Source: a virus. From it: DNA of 64,000 bases. The translations under genes were made by a program, and so were the position numbers. Under the pieces are notes generated by a model that saw only the letters and a program-made list of their open reading frames with translations, ran no database searches and was not told the origin of the DNA. The DNA is taken from IMG/VR virus record IMGVR_UViG_3300045988_136773; one strand, written 5' to 3'. How positions within the stretch are numbered: position 1 is the stretch's first letter; each line of letters opens with the position of its first letter. This document shows, piece by piece, positions 37,588 to 45,227 of this stretch.

Positions 37588-38754
37588 GTGGCTGGTAATT
37601 CAAATTTAGCGTCATATATTGACAATAGTTCTACTAATTTCAATGAGCGTACAAAGTCAATTTCCAAAATAACTATACACATTGCAGCAGGATCTGTTAC
37701 GCTAGATGGATTGTCCAGAACTATGCACGATTCATCGAGAGAAGTAAGCTGGAACTATGGTATAGATGATAACGGAAAGATTGGACTGTATATTCCAGAA
37801 AAGTATAGAGCATGGACATCATCTAGTCAAGAGAATGATAACGTAGCAGTTACAATAGAAGTTTCTAACACTGTGGCTAAGTATCCATGGCCTATTTCTG
37901 ATGCCGCCTACTCTGCATTGCTTAATCTTTGTGAAGATATTTGTAGACGAAATAATATTCCTGCATTGAATTATACTGGTAATAAGTCCGGCAATTTGAC
38001 GATGCACAGATGGTTTTCCAATAAAGAGTGTCCAGGTGATTATCTTGCTGCTAAGTTTTCAGATATTGCAAAGCAAGTCAATGAGCGACTGAAAAAGAAA
38101 AAAATATCCTCATTTTTGACAAATCCAGAAACATCTGAATCAACCTCTGCTGGAGATGCGTTTTTAGGAACAACTACAGATATTGCGTCAATGATTGATT
38201 ATACGTCATTTACGCCATATATTGCAACAATATCTCCATCTGTGAAATCATTCGACGGTGCGAAACTAAAAGATCTTGGTGTTGTAGGTGTAGCGATAAA
38301 CTCAGGAACCTATTTTGATTCTGTTCATATACAGAACAGTACATATAGATCTCAAAATTTAGATGCACATATAAAATCCGCAGTTTCTGCAAATCTTCCA
38401 TTTTCATTATACACTGAAATACGTTCTAAAACGGTATCAGAGGTAAACAGAGAACTGGATGAATTGCAACTATGTGTGCAAAAATATAACCCAACAATGG
38501 GCGTGTGGATTAAAATAGGATTTCAAAATTCAAAATCTATGAATAATGACATTATAGACCGATGCAAAAAGCGACTTTTCATGCTGGGTCTGAAAAATAA
38601 AATTGGTCTATATTGTACACTGGAAAAATTAAAACTGATAGACTGGAAAGAGCGATCAGAAGATTGGCTTTTATGGCTAGATTCTCATGTATCAGATGTT
38701 TCTGAATTTGAGTGTGTTTTAAATCCAGAATTTTTCATGACTGGTTATGATTGA
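37588..38754 (+). CDS. N-acetylmuramoyl-L-alanine amidase (amidase_2/PGRP) with a C-terminal GH25-like region
   Basis: KITIHIAAGS...WNYGIDDNGKIGLYIPEKYRAWTSS...AVTIEVSNT...MHRWFSNKECPG. The C-terminal ~200 aa loosely resemble a GH25 barrel but lack a clear DxS/E start motif. Confidence 0.7.
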   Translation: MAGNSNLASYIDNSSTNFNERTKSISKITIHIAAGSVTLDGLSRTMHDSSREVSWNYGIDDNGKIGLYIPEKYRAWTSSSQENDNVAVTIEVSNTVAKYPWPISDAAYSALLNLCEDICRRNNIPALNYTGNKSGNLTMHRWFSNKECPGDYLAAKFSDIAKQVNERLKKKKISSFLTNPETSESTSAGDAFLGTTTDIASMIDYTSFTPYIATISPSVKSFDGAKLKDLGVVGVAINSGTYFDSVHIQNSTYRSQNLDAHIKSAVSANLPFSLYTEIRSKTVSEVNRELDELQLCVQKYNPTMGVWIKIGFQNSKSMNNDIIDRCKKRLFMLGLKNKIGLYCTLEKLKLIDWKERSEDWLLWLDSHVSDVSEFECVLNPEFFMTGYD

Positions 38755-38765
38755 GTGGTGAGGTT

Positions 38766-40931
38766 ATGGCATTTACTCCTAGATTAAATGCACCATCTAC
38801 AGCAGATAAATATTGGTTGAGACCGTCTAGCGGCGGATATAATCAATGTATCAATATTAGCGGCGGCAGTGTACTTCCAAATTGTGTTGGATATGCTTAT
38901 GGCAGATTCATGGAAATCATGGGCAAAACATCATGTAATTTATCTACGCATAATGCTGGACTGTGGTATGGGAATACTGCTGACGGCTATCAAAGGGGTG
39001 CCTCACCGAGATTAGGTGCAGTCGTGTGCTGGAGCAGACCAGGAGATGCAGGGCATGTTGCTATTGTAGAACAAATCAATTCAGATGGTTCAATTGTAAC
39101 ATCCAACAGTGCATATGGTGGCAGACGATTCTATCAGCAGACTTTAAGCCCACCAGCATATACATGGAGCAATAATTATCATTTTCAAGGATTTATCTAT
39201 AATCCTGCTACAGTATCTGATACTGGAACTGCAATGCCTACGGTTGCTACGAGTAAGTTATCACAATTCTTTCAAGTAGCTAACTCTCATATGGGAGAAC
39301 ACGGAAATTGGGTGTGGACAACACTAGGATGGGAAGGGGAATGGTGCTGTGCATTTTTAATGGCATGTGCAAAGACAGTAGGTGGTCTACTGGATGTTAT
39401 TATTCCAACAACCTATTCGTGTACAACACTATGTCAATATGGAAGAGAGCATAAGTGTAACAGCGTATTTATTGATGGACCTAGAAACGGAAATGCTGTA
39501 AAACCACAAGTAGGCGACTTTATCCTGTTTAACTTCAATAAGACTGGAAAATATGAATGTTCCCATGTCGGTGTCGTATCTGAATTGAATGGCGATAAGA
39601 TCATGACAATTGAAGGTAATACAAAGACATATAATAGATATACTAGTGTAATTGCAAATCATGAGTATGATTATACAAATACTTCAATTGTCGGATACTT
39701 TAGGCCAAACTGGTCACTTGTAGGTGCATCTGTGAGCGACTTAGCAAGCTATGGGTTATCCGGGTATGGATCACTGTTTACAACGAAAACGACTAGGCGA
39801 GATGCGACGATTCGTGAAATTGCATATATCACGAATGACAAGTTTAGCACAGCTCAATCCGGAATACGATTATCAGCTATTAACTATACAGATAAATTAA
39901 ACTCTATGTACTCCGGTTATTCTGATATAGCTAATCCTGCAAATGTGATTATTGATGGAATAACCGACACAAATGCAAAAGCAATTATTGAATATCTACT
40001 TGGAAAGGGATTAAATGCTGCTGCATCTTGTGGTATATGCGGTAATATCTATTATGAAAGTTCCTACAGAACCGATGCTGTCAATAAGAACAGTGGTGCA
40101 TCTGGAATATGTCAATGGCTAGGTAGTCGAAAAACTGCTATGATTAGTGCAGCCGGATCGAATTGGATGAACAATCTTACATGTCAGTTAGATTATCTAT
40201 GGTATGAACTCTCTAATGGATTTTCTAAGGTGTTACAGCATTTGCAATCTGTCACGAACAATGACAGTGGGGCACAAGATGCTGCTGATTATTTTGTACG
40301 GCAGTTTGAAAAACCTGGTAGTTATGAAAAAACTTCACCACCTAGAAAAGCAAAAGCGTCTGAATTATTTAGTCAGTTGGTTGTACAACAAGTTTCCTCT
40401 GGTACTGTAAGTTTAGGAAACTCTAAAATTCCGCTTCAATCTGGAATTCCTACAGCAAGTGGTACAGAGATTGTTATACCGTCATATGTCGGACAGTCTG
40501 GTATATCTGACATTTATACAAATTACTCGTATTTCTATACAAGATGGGGTAAAAGTACTAACCAATATAAGCTTGCTCAGATATGGGGTAGTATGGGAAA
40601 GCCTAGTGATAGAAATATAGCAGTAATCAACGGAAATTACTTGATCGCAGTAAAACCGATATTCGGAAAAGTTGGAGATATGATGACAGTAGTTCTGAAT
40701 GATGGTACATATTTCAATGCCATTATGGCAGATGCAAAAGCTAATGAGAACGGATCTACAGGATATGCTACATATGGTCATGGATCAAATGGACATGTTA
40801 ATGTTATAGAGTGGGAAGCTGTGGGTAATCCCAATTCCCATATAACCGGAAGTGCGTATCCACGGGATCTGGCAGGATGGAAAGGTAAAACTGTTACACG
40901 AATTATTAATCGAGGTGCGTGGATGAAATGA
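38766..40931 (+). CDS. Multi-domain virion-associated peptidoglycan hydrolase: two CHAP domains plus a phage tail lysozyme-like domain
   Basis: CHAP 1: PNCVGYAYGR...GHVAIVEQ. CHAP 2: EWCCAFL...CSHVGVVSE...TIEGNT. Lysozyme-like domain: CGICGNIYYESSYRTDAVNKNSGASGICQWLGSRK. Confidence 0.7.
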   Translation: MAFTPRLNAPSTADKYWLRPSSGGYNQCINISGGSVLPNCVGYAYGRFMEIMGKTSCNLSTHNAGLWYGNTADGYQRGASPRLGAVVCWSRPGDAGHVAIVEQINSDGSIVTSNSAYGGRRFYQQTLSPPAYTWSNNYHFQGFIYNPATVSDTGTAMPTVATSKLSQFFQVANSHMGEHGNWVWTTLGWEGEWCCAFLMACAKTVGGLLDVIIPTTYSCTTLCQYGREHKCNSVFIDGPRNGNAVKPQVGDFILFNFNKTGKYECSHVGVVSELNGDKIMTIEGNTKTYNRYTSVIANHEYDYTNTSIVGYFRPNWSLVGASVSDLASYGLSGYGSLFTTKTTRRDATIREIAYITNDKFSTAQSGIRLSAINYTDKLNSMYSGYSDIANPANVIIDGITDTNAKAIIEYLLGKGLNAAASCGICGNIYYESSYRTDAVNKNSGASGICQWLGSRKTAMISAAGSNWMNNLTCQLDYLWYELSNGFSKVLQHLQSVTNNDSGAQDAADYFVRQFEKPGSYEKTSPPRKAKASELFSQLVVQQVSSGTVSLGNSKIPLQSGIPTASGTEIVIPSYVGQSGISDIYTNYSYFYTRWGKSTNQYKLAQIWGSMGKPSDRNIAVINGNYLIAVKPIFGKVGDMMTVVLNDGTYFNAIMADAKANENGSTGYATYGHGSNGHVNVIEWEAVGNPNSHITGSAYPRDLAGWKGKTVTRIINRGAWMK

Positions 40932-41227
40932 TAACATATGGGTATGCCAAAGAGTATCAGTATACAGGTGACGGAACATTGAAGATAAAAGTGCGTATTC
41001 CATCTGTACATGGACCATATAATATGCGAGATTATGGTGGAAAGCAGGTGCGAAATTATGTCTATGATGAAGATCTGCCTTGGATTAGTTCTATCCTTTT
41101 ACCACATTTGCCACAAGAGGGTGAAGTAGTGGCTATCGCATCTTTGGATAAAGGAAATAGTGATTTTATTGTTATCGGACTTACAGGTGGCAGTTATCAA
41201 TCCGGTGCAGTGAATTTTGGGGAGTGA
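40928..41227 (+). CDS. Baseplate spike OB-fold protein (gpV / gp5 N-terminal domain / XkdR class)
   Basis: ~100 aa with LPQEGEVVAIASLDKGNSDFIVIGL. ATGA overlap with the upstream gene. Confidence 0.45.
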   Translation: MITYGYAKEYQYTGDGTLKIKVRIPSVHGPYNMRDYGGKQVRNYVYDEDLPWISSILLPHLPQEGEVVAIASLDKGNSDFIVIGLTGGSYQSGAVNFGE

Positions 41228-41235
41228 TTTTTTTT

Positions 41236-41634
41236 ATGATTTCTTCTTTATCATTTCCAAACTTATTTGATGTATCAAGGAATAAAGTTGGTGTTTTAAC
41301 AAATAAGGACGCTGTCGCAAACCGATGCAGACTTCTTATGCTGACAGAACCTACAGAATTGTACAACTATCCGACATTCGGAGTTGGATTAAAGCAATAT
41401 CTATTTCAGTATAACACTGAGAATACAAAAGCAATTTTAAAGGATAGAATCAAGAACCAGTTTCGTACATTTGAACCAGACTGTAATGCAGATAATACAT
41501 CTTTTGCAGATGGACTTTTGGTTACTGGTGAAAATGAAGATACTACAGTTCAAGATTTTAATACATTGAAGTTGACAGTTGGAATACAAACCGTATTAGG
41601 TGATGATGTGGAGGTAACAATAGATGGTGAGTAA
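41236..41634 (+). CDS. Baseplate wedge protein, gp25/GPW-like
   Basis: AVANRCRLLMLTEPTELYNYPTFGVGLKQYLFQ matches the gp25 pattern (i...i..ll.T..GE....P.fG..l...lf). Confidence 0.65.
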   Translation: MISSLSFPNLFDVSRNKVGVLTNKDAVANRCRLLMLTEPTELYNYPTFGVGLKQYLFQYNTENTKAILKDRIKNQFRTFEPDCNADNTSFADGLLVTGENEDTTVQDFNTLKLTVGIQTVLGDDVEVTIDGE

Positions 41635-43663
41635 TGCACCTTCTGGAATGGTAAAATACACATCCAGAGATTTTGATTCAATTATGAAAGACTTCTGGGA
41701 TCTAGTTCCTAAACTTACAGAACTGTGGAATCCTAGTGTATATGATGCAAGCGATTCTACAAAGTGGAATCCGGATGCAATCTCTGATCCTGGTGTTGTA
41801 CTTGGTATCTTTTTAGCCAGTGTTGCAGATATGCTTGGTGTAAATACAGATTGGCTTGCAAATGAAGTATTTGCACCATCTGTATCCCAACGGAAAAATG
41901 CCGAAAAATTATTCAGTCTAATGGGATATACGCTTGGATGGTATACAGCTGCCAGAACCGAGGTAACATTTACAAACAACACTGAGAATTCAATTACTCT
42001 AGACTTTGGATTCAATGGTGGTAATTTCTGTACAGTCAATGCTTATACAGACATCACAAATCAGTCCAGAGTAATTACATACAATATCTTGCCAATGACA
42101 AATACTTATGGTGCTGCGGAAACTAGAAGTAAGCGTCAAATTGTTGCAGATGGTACAAATGTATTTGCAGACACTGATATTGTTCACCTTGCACCAGGTA
42201 AAACCTGCACCCGTGTAGCTGTAGAAGGTTCTCTTCGGTCTGTTACAAAGTCTGTAGAAGAGATCAAAAAGAATAACTGTGTTATTAAGCTGCCATCTCA
42301 ACACATTGATACAACTGCTGTATGGGTAAAAGCAAAGGCAAGCTTGCATGATGATACTTATTTAGATACCCAGTGGGTTCAGGTAAGTTCTCCGTCTGAA
42401 TTTATTGAACCAGAACCGATGTTTGCAGTCACCTACGATAATTACAGCAATGCACAGTTGCAGATTTCAAATTATATTAACCAATTGGAGAATTACTCAA
42501 ACAACTATCTTGTAATTTACTGGATTGAATGTTCTGGTGCAATCGGATGTGTCAATGCAAATGTACTATCCAATTTCCAGCCCGCAAAACCAAATGCGTG
42601 CGATAATGCAAAGTACACAACAGAATCTGGTGATATTTCTGTATCAAACCTTGCAAATACATCTGAAATGCCACACACTTATACGGTAACTGGAAAAAGC
42701 CCAGAAACTGCAAAAGAAGCATATCGAAATAGCCGAAATTATATCAATACATGGGATAGTTTGATTACACTTCCAGACTTTACACGTTTTTTGACACGAG
42801 AAGCCGGAATTGACTGCGGAACTGTACTTGATTGTCAAAAGGCATTAGAGATAAATCTTGCAATCTACAAAAACACAAATTTGACAGATGCTCAAAAGAG
42901 TAAAATGTATATCACTTATCATGATTTCCCAGAATCATCTGATACCTATACACAGTTTAAGTGGGATAATATTCTGGACATTGGTTTTGATCCAACAGAT
43001 CCAAATCGATTTGTATTTTCTACAAATTTTCAAAGATACACAGCGATGTGCTTTGCAATCTATAATGATTTCAATGAATCCGAGTATCCGGATACAACTT
43101 ATACACCAGTAAAGAAGAATACGATAAGCACAGTGAAGTATGCATCATCTAGTAATGATTATGATTATGCGTTTATCGGGTATCAGCCGCCTATGAATAT
43201 CATAAACAGTGTAATAGATGATTATAGACCATTGCAAGCAATGTCTGTAGAGCTGCAATTTGGATTTGTTCGTGTTTTCCCGTGGTATGTTGTTGGTGAA
43301 ATTTATCCTAAGACTACAGTCGATAAGGATAAAGCAAAAACGATCATTGCAAATGTCAAAGAAAAACTCGCTCTGTATTTTTCTCCTGCAAATCGAAAAC
43401 TAGGACAAAAGCCGACGGTAATGGAAGTTGTTGAGATTATTGAGAGTGCAGATTCTAACATTCGATACTTTGATGCCGGAAATCTTAAATTTCCTGTGAT
43501 AAACTGGGGAGAACTATCTAAAGTTGGTGCACAAGAACATATTGATACTTACGATATTGAGTATTTTAATCCAATTTCATTTGCACGGTATCAGGATTTA
43601 GGTGCAAATATCGGAGAATCCAGAAACAACTTACGAATTGCTCCGGATTGGATACTAGAATGA
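41624..43663 (+). CDS. Baseplate J-like protein (T4 gp6 / P2 gpJ / XkdT class)
   Basis: YTSRDFDSIMKDFWDLVPKLT...DPGVVLGIFLASVADMLGVNTDWLANEVF...NAEKLFSLMGYTLGWYTAARTEVTF. Confidence 0.75.
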   Translation: MVSNAPSGMVKYTSRDFDSIMKDFWDLVPKLTELWNPSVYDASDSTKWNPDAISDPGVVLGIFLASVADMLGVNTDWLANEVFAPSVSQRKNAEKLFSLMGYTLGWYTAARTEVTFTNNTENSITLDFGFNGGNFCTVNAYTDITNQSRVITYNILPMTNTYGAAETRSKRQIVADGTNVFADTDIVHLAPGKTCTRVAVEGSLRSVTKSVEEIKKNNCVIKLPSQHIDTTAVWVKAKASLHDDTYLDTQWVQVSSPSEFIEPEPMFAVTYDNYSNAQLQISNYINQLENYSNNYLVIYWIECSGAIGCVNANVLSNFQPAKPNACDNAKYTTESGDISVSNLANTSEMPHTYTVTGKSPETAKEAYRNSRNYINTWDSLITLPDFTRFLTREAGIDCGTVLDCQKALEINLAIYKNTNLTDAQKSKMYITYHDFPESSDTYTQFKWDNILDIGFDPTDPNRFVFSTNFQRYTAMCFAIYNDFNESEYPDTTYTPVKKNTISTVKYASSSNDYDYAFIGYQPPMNIINSVIDDYRPLQAMSVELQFGFVRVFPWYVVGEIYPKTTVDKDKAKTIIANVKEKLALYFSPANRKLGQKPTVMEVVEIIESADSNIRYFDAGNLKFPVINWGELSKVGAQEHIDTYDIEYFNPISFARYQDLGANIGESRNNLRIAPDWILE

Positions 43664-43679
43664 TTGGTGGTGATACATT

Positions 43680-44888
43680 ATGAATATAAAATCAGTATCA
43701 CTTCCAGAAATCTATAAATCTAGTGCCGACTTTCGATTTTTTATAGATTGGTTTACAGCATCACTCTCAAAAATTCAGTATGATATTGAAAATTTCATGG
43801 ATTTATATGATCCGCTGAAATGCCCAGAAGATTTGTTGTGGATGCTTACAGATACTATGGGATATAAATTCGATGATCGATTGAATACAGCGTTTAATCG
43901 ACTTGTTTTGCTGTATTTTATGTCAGTTATCAAGAATCGTGGCAGCAAAGATGGTGTGACGCTTGCTGCTGAGTTGAATCTTGCACAATTCCGTATTGAA
44001 GATGCTGCAAAAGAAAATGACATACTGAACAACCGACTAGAGGATGTTTCTATCCCAGTAAATACTGTGTATGTCACACCACATACTGCTGACGGATATA
44101 TTGACGTGGTCTACTTCGCAGATAAAAAGCCCTTGGATGCTTGTATCGAATATGCAAGACCAGTTGGGATGTTTTTATTCCAGCATGCAGGTGTAAGATA
44201 TGACGCTAGAACAAAAATTGGAATTGATGCGCGACTTACAAATGTAAATGACATTGGAATGTCATTTGGTCCAGTGCAAGTTGGACATTATCGCAGAGAA
44301 GATTATGCTAGATTACAAAAGACACTGGATTCTGATGGTACAAAAGTGGATATTTCTCATAAGAAGCACAATGTATGGTCTAGGAATAGCGATTACGAGG
44401 ATAGGGCAAACGGTGATGGTACATACGAAAGTGGTACAAAGTCACAAGATACTATAAATCCTGCATATCGGGCACTGTATTCTATGCAGATCAGTAATAA
44501 TGAGGAAATTGTAAAATCCTTGGTATCTGATCCAATATTCAGTATTGGATATGAACCACAAGATGTAAGTACAACATTCCCAGATGACTATTTAACTAGA
44601 ACTACAAATGAGAATGGCGTAGTAAGTCAGACATCTTATAATCCATACGCAGAATCTAAGCCATGGAATCTGAGGTATGATCGAGATTACGATGAATCTC
44701 AGACACATAAACAGGATTCTGGTGTATATGATGTCATGACATTAGATCCAGACAGATCTACAGATATTTTGAATCCCAGACCTGCGGTAAATCCAGTAAT
44801 GTCTCAAATGGGCGATGCAATTTCTCTAAACGATTCTAATTCATCTTACACAAAAGTAGACAAAGACGGAAATATTACTCATACCTAA
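43680..44888 (+). CDS. Baseplate/tail protein I-like (P2 gpI / XkdU class)
   Basis: LPEIYKSSADFRFFIDWF...LYDPLKCPEDLLWMLTDTMGYKFDDRL...VIKNRGSKDGV fits the gpI pattern. Confidence 0.6.
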   Translation: MNIKSVSLPEIYKSSADFRFFIDWFTASLSKIQYDIENFMDLYDPLKCPEDLLWMLTDTMGYKFDDRLNTAFNRLVLLYFMSVIKNRGSKDGVTLAAELNLAQFRIEDAAKENDILNNRLEDVSIPVNTVYVTPHTADGYIDVVYFADKKPLDACIEYARPVGMFLFQHAGVRYDARTKIGIDARLTNVNDIGMSFGPVQVGHYRREDYARLQKTLDSDGTKVDISHKKHNVWSRNSDYEDRANGDGTYESGTKSQDTINPAYRALYSMQISNNEEIVKSLVSDPIFSIGYEPQDVSTTFPDDYLTRTTNENGVVSQTSYNPYAESKPWNLRYDRDYDESQTHKQDSGVYDVMTLDPDRSTDILNPRPAVNPVMSQMGDAISLNDSNSSYTKVDKDGNITHT

Positions 44889-44894
44889 AAACAC

Positions 44895-44926
44895 AGACCG
44901 ATAGCGTAAAACTATCGGTCTTTTTG
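44895..44926 (+). terminator. Rho-independent terminator after the baseplate genes
   Basis: AGACCGATAG-CGTAAAA-CTATCGGTCT, a perfect 10 bp stem, followed by a T-run. Confidence 0.8.
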
Positions 44927-44982
44927 TATTTGTTCACATTCAAAACCTTTTATACAAGGTGAATAAAGGTGGTGAGTGTGAT

Positions 44983-45213
44983 ATGTCAGATACAGTAACT
45001 CCAATGGGACAAGGTCCTGCAAAACCTGCGACAACAACAGAGCAGGTAAAAGATGATAATGGATTTACAAATCCAAATCTTCATAGACGTATATACACAT
45101 CACCAGACGATACTTCAACCACATACAAACTTGGTATTTATGGGTATGATTCTTACCGAGTTACAGAAACCGTGGTACATGATGAAGAATCAAGAACATG
45201 TGAAATTCCGTAA
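44983..45213 (+). CDS. hypothetical small protein (76 aa)
   Basis: AAAGGTGGTGAG RBS; first ORF after the terminator. Confidence 0.45.
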   Translation: MSDTVTPMGQGPAKPATTTEQVKDDNGFTNPNLHRRIYTSPDDTSTTYKLGIYGYDSYRVTETVVHDEESRTCEIP

Positions 45214-45227
45214 TGGTGGTGTGGTAA

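Noticed and set aside
41225-41238. A T8 run between the spike and gp25-like genes as a second slippery site
   Set aside because: The upstream gene has already terminated (TGA 41225-41227) before the T-run. ATG 41236 with an upstream GGGGAG gives a normal independent start.
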